Of a stretch of DNA of 64,000 nucleotides, positions 13,552 through 24,428 are shown in pieces (the stretch's first letter is position 1; every line of letters starts with the position of its first letter). The notes beneath the pieces were generated by a model that ran no database searches, had not been told where the DNA came from, and saw only the letters and a program-made list of their open reading frames with translations. The translations under genes were made by a program, and so were the position numbers. Source of the DNA: Camelus dromedarius (Eukaryota); NCBI RefSeq assembly GCF_036321535.1, contig NC_087437.1, forward strand, positions 77,564,001 to 77,628,000, written 5' to 3'.

Positions 13552-14389
13552 GATAATAGCATACATACTATGCAGCAGTGATGTTGCAGGGTTACCACAT
13601 AAGTTGTAAAATAAGGAATTGTTTTCTTTCTATTTTTCTTTCCAGGAAGCTAGAAAATGGCTTCTGAGCTCGTGAATGGCCCAGTCTCTGAACTGTGTTC
13701 CTTACATCTTCCTTCCAAAATAAAAATGGATACACATATGTTAGTTGAATATGTAGCCTTCTTTTGAATTACTGCCAAGGCCTTTAATTCAACTAAAAGT
13801 AAATTTAATGTTTTTCCTCTGACTATTCCTCCTGCATATTTTTTTTTTCAAAATAAAGATACTGGAGTATTCAAAATAGTAATCCACAAAAAAAGTCATT
13901 AGATGAAAATTAATAAGGTCTGATTGTCATATGACATATGATTAAAAAAATTTATAGATGTCCCATGTTTAGATAGCCTTGTTGGGGGAAAAATGGTGTA
14001 ATAAGAGAGATGAGAAGCCAGCTCAAAGGATTCTCATACAAGGCACTAAGAATCCTTTAATATCTCTTCCATCAAAAGCAAACAGCTTTCAAATTTATAG
14101 CCTCAGTGAAACTTTGTAACTTTAGTACTACAAATAAAAAAATAACATTTGCCTTTAAGAATGTTATAGATTAGTGCTTGTCCTTGATTATATGTTATGT
14201 CTTTTTGTATAAATGTGCTAGAATGTTAGAGCTCCTCTTTCATTTTGACAGTCACGTAATGGCTATGGAATGTATTCCTTCGTTCTTGAGACTATTTTGA
14301 TAATAATTATACCAACTGGAATTTGCTTGGCACTTTGGAAAGTTTTGAGTTAATTTATCTCACTTTATCTTTAAGATGTCCCTAAAATG

Positions 14390-14510
14390 TACATTCTCTC
14401 ATTATGCCTTACAAATAAGAAGAAATGGCTTTTCCATTGTCACCCAGCTGTAATTGGTAGGCCTAGGATTCAGTCCAAGTTTCCTGGTTCAGAATGTCAG
14501 TGCTTCTTTC
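14390..14510 (-). mobile_element. MIR remnant
   Basis: ttacaaataagaagaaatgg...gtcacccagctgtaattggtag...aggattcagtccaag. Confidence 0.5.
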
Positions 14511-14889
14511 CTGAGTCACTGTTTTCATGGGCCTCCCAGATTAAAACTAAGTCTAGAGTCATCAATGTCTTCTTCCCTTACCCATCATAAAAAAGCACCA
14601 AAACCAAAGAGCTGTCCCACTCTGTTATTTATTCTGTGATCACTAGTAACTATCCTTGTTCATTCCCTTTTAACAAGAAGTTATTGAGTTTCTGTGGGAT
14701 ATATTGTGCTCTGAAAATGTTTAGTGGGAACCCAAGCTATTCTCAGTACATGTATCATGTATGTATGCATCTATCCAGTTATTTATTTATTTATAATTAT
14801 TCCATGTTTAAAAAAAGAGACGTATGGTAACTTCAAATCTATGTGAAGTATAGCAAGGAAATATACATTAGAAGTTACCGATAGGGAAA

Positions 14890-14910
14890 ACACACACACA
14901 CACACACACA
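14890..14910. repeat. (AC)10 microsatellite
   Basis: Seen directly. Confidence 0.9.
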
Positions 14911-16352
14911 GTAAAAATATAAAATGCACTCCAAAATGAGATTCATGAAGTCCTATGTACTCTCTAGGGCCCTCCATTTATATTATATATGTGAGCAGAC
15001 AAGTGATTGACCTTAAAGTATGCCTTCAAATAATTGATCGCCCTGAGAGCAAGCAGATAAATTGTACTGTGATGTTTATCTTTAAAAATTGAAAGAAAGT
15101 AATTTAGGAAGTAATATCTTTCTGAACGACATTGAAACAGAAAGAATATGGAAGGTGACTGATGGTGATGATGATGAGATGATACTGACAATATTTATTT
15201 AGACTTTTACGTAGCACGTTATTGGGGAATTGAAATTTCGGGGGAAGTTAATTTTTTCCCAGTTTTTCTGTCAGTGTTAATTTGTTTTCAGGTTATCGTA
15301 TATCTAAACATAAATATAACTTACAATATTTATGGTTGACAAATGAGTCTGAATAATTTTAGCTTGAGCGTATTACATAGTTAAGTTTTAGGTGAATGTA
15401 GTGCTTGCTGATAACTTTTCTGTATCCTTTGGTTTGAAAGGATTTATTTGAGGAAGTAAAATCTGTTGAGTGAATTAGAATAGACGGAGTCTGATTTCTT
15501 CCTCTTCCCTTTCTCAGAGCGTGAATAAGTTGGGGACTAGAAAAGAAGCTATTTATCGGTCCTTCTCCATTTACATATTCTCTGTGAGCTTGTATTAAGT
15601 ATATGTTGACAGAAACATTATACGAATTACTGAGGCACAATCCGAGGCGTTATATGTCTATTAAAGGCATTCTTCATGTGTTTAATCAACCATCTGGGGT
15701 GGAGTACCAAAATACACCAATATTTGAGAATTTAAGTACCAAACTTGAGAATACGGTCAAACTTAATTTGCATATGACAGTAGTCAGAGAAAGAGGCAGG
15801 TGAGGTCATATTAGAGGAGGCACATTGTGATCTAAGTTTGCAAATCAAAATGGATGTACCTTGCTGCTTTGATTTTGATCCTAGTAAATAATGTACACTC
15901 TCAACAAAGATAAAGCTGAACAGAAAATATCTTCTGTGACATATACTCATAAAGCAGCTATTCTGACTCACATCAGTAATTTGAATAGTATTAAACTTTC
16001 AGGTAGAAGAGATGGAGGAGAACCTAAATTCGGTTTTAGACTGTCTTTTTCTTGTATCATCAAGATGCTAGTATTGCCTTTCACCTCCTCCCCTTTCCAG
16101 ATTCAGTCTTTTCAGTTACCCTTTATCAGGAAGTAGATCACATAAATCTGGAAGTCATCCTTAACCAAACAACATGCAGATTGACCTTGAAGGGTCTAAG
16201 AAAGCCTTGGCAGGCGAGTATAGTGGCTTACACATCCTAGGCAGAGTACTCAAAAATAATTAATGTCATGTTTAAGTATTTAGTTTGAGTGGATTAATTT
16301 TAGTTAGGATAACTGTATTGTAGTTAAGTCTTAAAAGATTTTCTGTTTCTAG

Positions 16353-16570
16353 GTACACGTACTAATACATTCACAGAGGAATTTATGTAAAGTGTAGGAT
16401 GTGCTTCAGAATTATCCATGGGTGGAGAGAGCAAGTGAAGGTATACAGGAAACAAGATTGTTGTGAATTGATGACTGTTGGAGTTGGGAGATACATACAT
16501 ACAGAATTTACTACACTTTTCTCTCTTCTTTGGTGTATCTTTGAAATTCTCTGTAATAATTTTTTTTAAA
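16353..16570 (+). mobile_element. L1MC4-like 3' end
   Basis: Resembles recalled consensus (tgcttcagaattatcca...gaaacaagattg...tgaattgatgactgttg...tttgaaattctctgtaataa). Confidence 0.65.
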
Positions 16571-16668
16571 GATGTAAATGAATGAAGTGTCTACTTGGGA
16601 CCTAGAGTATGGCTTTCCATCCTTCATGCATTAAAGACAGAGGGAACATGTGTTCATGCTCATGTTAC

Positions 16669-18035
16669 TTTTTTTTTTTTTTTTTTTTTAGTGGCATTTA
16701 ACTTATTTGAACTAAAGAAAAACGAAAACAGTTCACTCATTTCTCCCACCACCTGCCCCCCTCATCTGGCAACCAGCAATCTGTTCTCTGTATTTGAGCT
16801 GACTTTTGTTTTGAATTAGTTAATTTTTAGATTCCACATATAAGAGAGAACATGGTATTTGTCTTTTTCTGACTTATTTCACTTAGCATAATGTTTCCTT
16901 GATGTCCAGCCATGTTGTGGCAAATGGCAAGATTTCATTATTTTTTATGGCTGAATTATATTCTGTTGTACATACATGCAACAATTGTTTTATCCATTCA
17001 TCCATCTGAGGTTGTTTCCGTACCTTAGCTACTGCAAGTAAAGCTGCAGTGAACACGGGGGATGCAGTTATCTTTCTAATTAATGTTTTCCTTTTCTTCA
17101 GTTAAATACCCAAAAGTAGTCTTGCTGGATTCTTAGTAGTTCTGTTTTTAGTTTTTGTGGGAACCTCCGTACTGTTTTCCAGTTCACATTCCCACCAACA
17201 GTACACAAGGATTGCCTTTGACCACATCCTCTCCAGTACTTGTTATTTCTAGTCTTTTTGGTAATACCCATTTTAAGAGGTGTGAGGTGATCTCATTGTG
17301 GTTTTGATTTGCATTTCCCTGATGACAAGTCATGTGTCTTGCAACTGTTCATGTAACTGTTTACCATCTGCATGTCTTCTTTGGACAGATGTCTATTTAG
17401 AGCTGCCCATTTTTCAATCAGTTTGTTCGTTTTTTGCCTGTTGAGTTATATGAGCTCTTTATATATATTGGATGTTAATCTGTTATCAGATCTATGATTT
17501 GTAAATATTTTCTTCCATTCAGTAGGTGACTTTCTCATTTTGTTGATGGTTTCCTTTGCTACATAGAACTTTTTAGTTTGATGTAATCCCACTTGTTTAT
17601 TTTTGCTTTTGCTGCTTTTGGTTCTGGTGTCAGATTTAAAAAATCATCACCAAGACCAGTGTCCGGGCGCTTACCACCTATGTTTTCTTCTAGAAATTTT
17701 ATGGTTTCAGTTCTTTCTTTCAAGTCTTTAATCCATTTTGAGTTAATTTTTGTTTATGGTGCAAGAATGGTCCAGTTTCTTTCCTTCATTCCTTCCTTCC
17801 TTCTTTCCTCTTTCTTTTTTTCTTCTCCTTTTCTTTATTTTTTGTAGCTATCTAATTCTCCCCACACCTTATTGAAGAGGCTTTTTCCTGATTGTATATT
17901 CTTGGCTCCTTTGCTGTACATTAATTGACCATATATCATGGGTTTATTTCTGGGCTCTCTATTCTTCTCCAATGACCTACGTGTCTGTTTTTCATTCTGG
18001 CTCTGCACTGTTTTAATCACTGTGACTTTGTATAG
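16669..18035 (-). mobile_element. L1 fragment (ORF2 C-terminus + part of 3' UTR) with T21 tract
   Basis: Antisense L1 motifs (gacttatttcacttagcataat, ctcattgtggttttgatttgcatttccctgatga); ORF 17835..18020 gives an ORF2-like peptide (IYGQLMYSKGAKNIQ). Confidence 0.92.
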
Positions 18036-19143
18036 CTCTGCTTAGGGCACAGAGTACCACTTTGCATCCTTCATGTATTAAAGACACAGGGGAAAGTGAT
18101 CTTTTTTGCATCTTGCTCTTACATGTTAAAACTGTCTGTTTGAAATTATCTTACATAGATCTGTAAGAAAAGTCAGAAAAGTCATTGCAGGCACACAATA
18201 GGAGTCCCTTTTGACTTTTATAATAAGAGGATTGCACCTGGATGACAACATATATCAAATATGCACTTGTATTTAATGTTCTTATTATTAAAAGATAGGA
18301 TAAAGTTTAGCTTTCCTTAAATATTTACCCCTGTGCTAGAAAATAACAGTGTAAGATGAGAGAATTAAGTATCAGTTTTCTCATCTGTAAAATGATGGAG
18401 CAAATAATTAAGTTGCCTTGAAGCCCACAAGACCTGAACACATGTAGCGGTAAACATCAAAAGATTCGTATTAGCCTTAGTTCAACTACCATCTTAGTTT
18501 AACTATTTTACTACTCTTAACGTTCCCAAATTATGTAGCAGTAGGTGAATAAAGAATTGTTGCGATTTCTTTTCATTAACCAATTCAAAAGCATTTGTTT
18601 TTATTTATTTTTTTTTGGCAATTTGTGTGGCAAAGAGTATGTTCCATTTGTTAATTAGAGTGATGCTTGGGAAAGAATAAACCACCCACCACAGGGTCTG
18701 CCGCAGAGTGTAGGCTAAGTAATAGTTTAATGAGAGGAGAGCGAGAGTGTGCTTTCACCGCTGATCACAGAATCTCTGTAAGGGCAGGCAGATCACAAGT
18801 TTCTCATCACACCAGGTGGATGGGACAGTGTTGAGTACTGAACGGTTTCTTGAAAGATGTAAACTCTCTTTTATCCCTTGTCTCATCTCTAAAATGATGC
18901 TCATTTATCCCGTTTCTACTTTAAAATGATTTTATAATTCTTACTATTTTTAAATAACTTACTTTCTAAAGTCAGGGTATAATGCAGAAACAAAAATACG
19001 GTGGTGAATATCAGATACTATCTATCTCTGGAAGGCAGCATTACCTGCAAGGCAAAAAAATTGTTTCCCTCTCAATTGTGAATTCTTTTTGTGTGTGTGT
19101 ATATACGTGTATGGGTATACACACACACACACACACACATAGG

Positions 19144-19344
19144 AGTACAGTCAGTTTATAATGTGTCAGTTTCTGGTGTACAGCATAATGGTTCAGTCAT
19201 ACATGAACATATGTATATTCATTTTCATATCTTTTTACCGTAAGTTACTACAAGATGAATATAGTTCCCTGTGCTATACAGTATGAACTTGTTGTTTATC
19301 AGTTTTATATATATTAGTATCTGCAAATCTCAAACTCCCAATTT
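19144..19344 (-). mobile_element. L1 3' UTR end forming the 3' half of the U6/L1 chimera
   Basis: Reverse-complement match to the sense L1 3' end at ~32983-33190 (aaattgggagtttg...tgcagatacta...ataaac...agttcatactgtatagcacagg). Confidence 0.9.
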
Positions 19345-19451
19345 AAAAATATGAAACGTTTCATGAATTTGCACATCATCCTCGTGCAGAGGCCATGCTA
19401 ATCTTCTCTGTATCGTTCCAGTTTTAGTATATGTGCTGCCAAAGCGAGCAC
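19345..19451 (-). pseudogene. Full-length U6 snRNA retrocopy, fused to an L1 3' end
   Basis: Reverse complement reads GTGCTCGCTTTGGCAGCACATATACTAAAACTGGAACGATACAGAGAAGATTAGCATGGCC...TTTCATATTTTT. It is 107 nt with about 11 substitutions versus canonical U6 as recalled; the ACAGAGA box is intact. Confidence 0.96.
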
Positions 19452-19559
19452 TATTCATAGGTTTTATGTTTAAATGAATTCAGTGCTCACACTCAGTCCT
19501 TTCCTCATACATTCCCAAATTAGGTTCTTTATTTTAAATGACACTTTAGTTGGTTAGAT

Positions 19560-19870
19560 TTTATTTTCAAGGAGAACTCACAGGGGTGAGTTTTCTTAAT
19601 ACTGTTCACGTCTGAGAACGAAGGCTCTCAGCCTTTATACTTTCTCAGCAACTTGGCTGGAATTAAGATTCTTGGGTCACTGTCTTTTTCTCAATTTGGG
19701 GGACAATTATCCTTTGTCTTTGAGGACTGAGCGTCACTAGAGAGAAAACTGAGCCACCCTGATTCTTCCCATTTGAAGATGACTTATCTTTTTTTGAAAT
19801 TCGATAACTAGAATATGTCTAGATATCTAACTTTCTCTTGAAATTAACCTTGACATTCAGCAGTTAGAAT
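19560..19870 (-). mobile_element. Ancient L1M/HAL1-like ORF1-region remnant
   Basis: Resembles antisense ancient L1 ORF1 sequence (ttggctggaattaagattcttgggtcac...ctgattcttcccatttgaagatgactt); boundaries approximate. Confidence 0.55.
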
Positions 19871-20764
19871 GTGTTTTAGTGTCCAAGTTTCTGCTTCAGT
19901 TTTTCCTGGAACATAATGTAAAGTAACATTTAGCTCCTGACTTCAAGAAATGAGCTATACACCAATTGTGAATTCTTAATACAGTTTCTGAGAAATGGAA
20001 TTGGGAGATTTTGAACAAAAAGTCAATAATTATCAATAAATGAATTTCTGGCCCAAACTCATTTGCTGTATTGTTTCAAATGCAAGATGAGGACAAAACT
20101 TAATATCTCACTTATTACTACATTCCATGTGAGCTGTGTCAGGATGCCAGGCTCTCAGGACAGGTGATTTCTAAGAATACGTTTATTTTTTCCTAATGAT
20201 TGCTTATAAATCAAGACTTTAAAAGATCTAGGCAATTAAAATGGAAATATTTAGACCTAGTTATACGCACAGGAACTTTTCCAGAATTCATTTTGAAATA
20301 GGCTATTCTAATTGATACTACTAATTATTTATAATGAATTTTTATCAAAATGTCCTTTTTATAGAATTCTTATAGAATTCTTTTTATGGAATGTTTACTT
20401 AGCACTAGTGTCTTTGGTAAAGAAGGACAAGACGTGACTGAATTTCCAGTTTTCTGCAGGACTCTTAAGTTTTGATACATTAAAATTATAAAAGTGAATA
20501 TTCAGTAAAATAAAAGTTAGGCTCCTTTTCTTTAGCAAATCAAAGGGTTTTAAAATTTTTTTCTTCAAAAATTTGAAATTTGAAATACTGAACATGTATT
20601 TTTTTGGCTCCCTAATCCAGCCACCTTTAAGACACATCTTTTTCCACCTTCTACCCTAAAACCATTTTTTTTTTTCGGCAACTACTTTTTATGATTGTAG
20701 AACATTGGCCCCTCTCGGTACTGTTTTGTTTGAACAATCAGCGCATTTTTGTGTGTGTGTTCAG

Positions 20765-20968
20765 GAGTCAGACGGCCAAGGCTGCCCCTTCTGTCGCTGT
20801 GAAATAAAAGGAACGGAGCCCATAATCGTGGACCCCTTTGATCCGAGAGATGAAGGTTCCAGATGCTGCAGCATCATCGATCCCTTTGGAATGCCGATGC
20901 TGGACTTGGATGACGACGATGACCGAGAGGAGTCCTTGATGATGAATCGGTTGGCAAACGTTCGAAAG
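20765..20968 (+). CDS. CBLB: CBLB exon 10: RING C-terminus (CPFC) and acidic stretch ([16 protein letters not shown]...LANVRK)
   Basis: Acceptor ttcAG (20763-20764), donor GTAAAA at 20969; 204 nt, phase 0-0; contained in ORF 20705..21052. Confidence 0.98.
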
Positions 20969-22724
20969 GTAAAACTAGAAAACACAGGCTTTTGTGGGGT
21001 GGTGTGTGGACCTGAAAAAGAAACGATGCTGTCACAAGTGGGGTTTGACTGAGTGCACTTGAGTTTGAGAAAGATTCCAGAATCAAAAGAAAGGTGAAGA
21101 TATAAGTAATGTTGGAAGGCTGATGGAATCACAGGCTGAGAAAGAACTAGATTATTCAAAGTACTCTTCCTGCTTTTAAACTTCAAAATGAGAGATGGGG
21201 AGAGCATTCCTGCAGAATTGAATATCTTCTGAGATTGGCAATAGCACATCGACGAAGAAAAATTTAAGAAAGGAAATAATTCAAATTGGAAAGGATAAAA
21301 CTGATTAAAAATAGTCTTTGTTGAAGTCTAAAAGTGTCTGAGAGTTTTCTTAGCAGGAAAACCAGCCTTCTGTTTGGCTACTAAGAGGGCACATAAGATT
21401 TACCTTCGTGAATTCACCGTAGTCTGGAGTTTGCTTATCAGTGTTGCCACCTCAGAAAATTGACTTTGTCAGTTCACTGGGAATGGATGCTACTGCCCGG
21501 TTGGCGTTTTTATAACCAAGCCCACAGGAGACTTGTCAGTGAACCAGAATGCCAGTTGAGTAATTAACAAACCAGAAATATAATGATCAAGAAAGACAGA
21601 CTCTTAGCTTTCAGGCTATTCTCTGTATAGGAAGATACATGAAATTCAGATTACATTCAGTTATCTTCGCTCTTAAATGAGAGAAATGGCACTGAGTGAT
21701 ATGAAAGGGTTTGCAAATACAGTATGAAGGTGCCCCCCCTTCCTCCTGACTCACGGCAGGCGTGTTTTATCAATCACGGTCGTCATCCCTGCTGAGCTCA
21801 GACTTGGCCTACGCAGCCTTCTAGAACCTCCACTGTGGTTCATGCGGACTTGGCAGGTCCCATGAGACCTGTCTGCTCTCTCAGCAGAGTGGTGATGATG
21901 TATAATGGCACAGACTGTGGTTGCCATATGCATCTACCTCTGTGGTAGGGGAACGCTCTGTGCAGAGAACAGATGAAGCATTTTGGGGGTTACCCATTCT
22001 TTAGGTCTGTGTCAAAATTTACTTCTTGGCCTCCTGCATTTTCTGTGTTCCAATGTCAATGTTACATGCTCAAAAAGGACTTACCCTTAGAATTTTTCAC
22101 ATACAGATTTCTGCATATGGAGATACATTATCATCACCTGCTCTCAAATTTTACTTTGGCCTGCCACGATTTTTATTCTTCACCTCATTGGCTTTTCATA
22201 AATGTCATGATTTAACTCTCAGAGCATCTACTCTGGATTCCCACCCTTTAGTCCTTTAAACTACATTCAGTGTTTCGTTCTGAAGTTTGTGTTCCCTTTG
22301 GCTCAAAAGATGGAAGAAAGGAAGTAGATATTTCTCAGTAACCCTAAAGAATAAACAAGAAGAAAAACTTGAAATAGGGAATTGAGACTTGATTTTAAGA
22401 TACACTCTTAGTCACTGACCAATGTTAATGCCATCTATATGAGCAAAACTTTTTCACATGTTTTATTCTCTCAGCTTGAAGAGGTACATATTCTCATTTT
22501 TCAGATAGGAAATGAGGCTCATGCGAGTCATGTGACATGGCTGCATTAGTAGGTTGTAAAGCCAGGAATTCAAAGCTGCTGGATAAAAATAGTGATATAC
22601 TCAACACTCCATATGTAGCTCTCACATGCAGAGTGATGAAATGATTTCTACCAAGTCAGATCATGGAGTGTATCCTAAAACTTGTCATATAGTCTTATTA
22701 AATTTAATTTACATTGGTGATAAA

Positions 22725-22975
22725 ATAGTAACACTTCAGATTTCATTGAGCTGGCATTGTTTTAGGTTCTTAAACCCTTGATCTCATTTGATCATCACAC
22801 CAATCCAGTAGAGAAGCACTGTTATTGTCCTGTTTTACAAAGGAGGAAATCGAAGAAGAAAGAGATGAAATACCTTCCAGAGATCCCAGCATTACTCCAT
22901 AGCAGAACTGGTGCTTTATTCAGAGTCTTCCTGACTTCAGAACTGTAGTTGTGAGCCATCATGCAGTATGCCTCT
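22725..22975 (-). mobile_element. MIR SINE
   Basis: Core-like ttttacaaaggaggaaatcgaag, preceded by atctcatttgatcatcac. Confidence 0.7.
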
Positions 22976-23246
22976 TGTGCCCTCTTTGAAACATGTCACA
23001 CGCCTTGTACGTGATAGAGCATCACTACCTGTCCTCTGAAGGTCTTTTCAGTTCTGTGGCATAATGTGCATCACGAATAATTACTCACAGTGAAGTTTTA
23101 ACCAGAAGTTAAAAGTAATTTGAATTGTGATCTGTTAGCGTTAACCTATAAAGATATTAAATGCTCTATACCTACCTAATTGGACCCCCAAACACCAGAC
23201 CAATTCATTTAGGCCCTACTAATCGATACATAAGTAACTATCACAT

Positions 23247-23490
23247 CTGTTTTCCCATATGGTAGTTGAATGTGGCTATTTAAATGTAAATTTAAAATTA
23301 ATAAATTTTAAAATTTTTGTTCTATTACACTCAACATATTTTAAATCCTCAGTAGCCTCTTGTGTCTGGTGGCTACCATATTGAACTGTACAGATACAGA
23401 ACATTTTCTGTAGGTATTGGAATATCTGTCATAGACAGATATAGTAGAAATATCTCATATCCAGTGGAGAATCCTATTGGACAGAGCTCT
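23247..23490. mobile_element. MER3-like hAT-Charlie MITE
   Basis: atgtggctatttaaat...gtggctaccatattgaac...ctattggacag motifs. Confidence 0.75.
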
Positions 23491-23611
23491 ACTGGATCAC
23501 TACTGCAGGTTCTTATTAGAGGAAGCTAGGGCTTGGTGCGAAAGACCTTTACTTTTAATTTAGTAACCTAATGATCTTAGCTTGGTCTGGATACTTGACT
23601 ATGATCTAGCA

Positions 23612-23803
23612 CTGGAATCAGCAACCTATGGCCTGTTTTTGTTTGTTTTTCTGTGAGCTAATAATGATTTTACACTTTAAATGGTTATATATATATAAAT
23701 GAGTTTATGAACACCTACGTAATTTCCTTGATTTTGTTTCTTAGCTTGCACAGCCTAAAATAATGACTGTCTAGCCCTTTAAGAAAATGGTTGCAGTCCC
23801 CTG
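23612..23803. mobile_element. MER58-like hAT-Charlie MITE
   Basis: Degenerate terminal inverted repeats (ctggaatcagcaacct / tggttgcagtcccctg); internal gagctaataatgattttacac...cacagcctaaaata...ccctttaagaaaa. Confidence 0.7.
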
Positions 23804-24279
23804 GTCCAAGGCACAGTAAAGCATTTCAAGAACGTTTACTGAATGCATGGATAATAGGGAATGACAGAAAAGTATTTGAGAAACATACCACAGCTCAAGC
23901 AGTTCAAGTGAACTAGGTGGTAATGTTTTCTAGCTAAGAAAAGGGCATTTCAATTTTCTTTACCAAATGGGTTTTCGTCTTTCAGTGACTCATATCAGAG
24001 GATGGGGAGGGAGCAAGGCCTCAGGAGTAATTCTTTGGAGAACTTTGTATACCTTACTGCTTGGGGGAAAACGGTGTTTGTCCTATATGAGTTTGAGAAA
24101 GGTTGCTGTTCCGGCCTGTTTTCCAACAGGCTCAAGGAGAAGCTTGAGCTGGGGTTCAGAAGCGGCACTGGCAACTGAAGGGAGTCACTGGTAACGTAAA
24201 ATGAGCACAGAGCGTTCAGAGGTGACTCTCGTGGTTTCCCCAGTCTTTTCACCCACCCTCACAACCATGTGTATGTTTT

Positions 24280-24428
24280 TGTTTTTGTTTTTTTTAATTT
24301 TGAGCATTTATTTGGTGGTTTTGGGGGTTTTTTTCTATTTATTTATTGAAGTATAGTCAGTTACAATGTGTCCATTTCTGGTGTGCGGCACAGTGCCCCG
24401 GTCATGCATGTGTATACACGTATTCGTT
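24280..24428 (-). mobile_element. Short L1 3' end with bipartite tail
   Basis: atttattgaagtatagtcagttacaatgtgtc, shared with 46545 and 63528; imperfect TSD at 24264-24279 and 24429-24443. Confidence 0.85.

Noticed and set aside
19345..19451. Possible functional U6 gene
   Set aside because: About 11 substitutions, no recognisable PSE/TATA upstream, and fusion to L1 indicate a retrocopy.
20761..21249. 162-aa minus-strand ORF
   Set aside because: Largely the antisense shadow of exon 10 plus intron; no recognisable domain.
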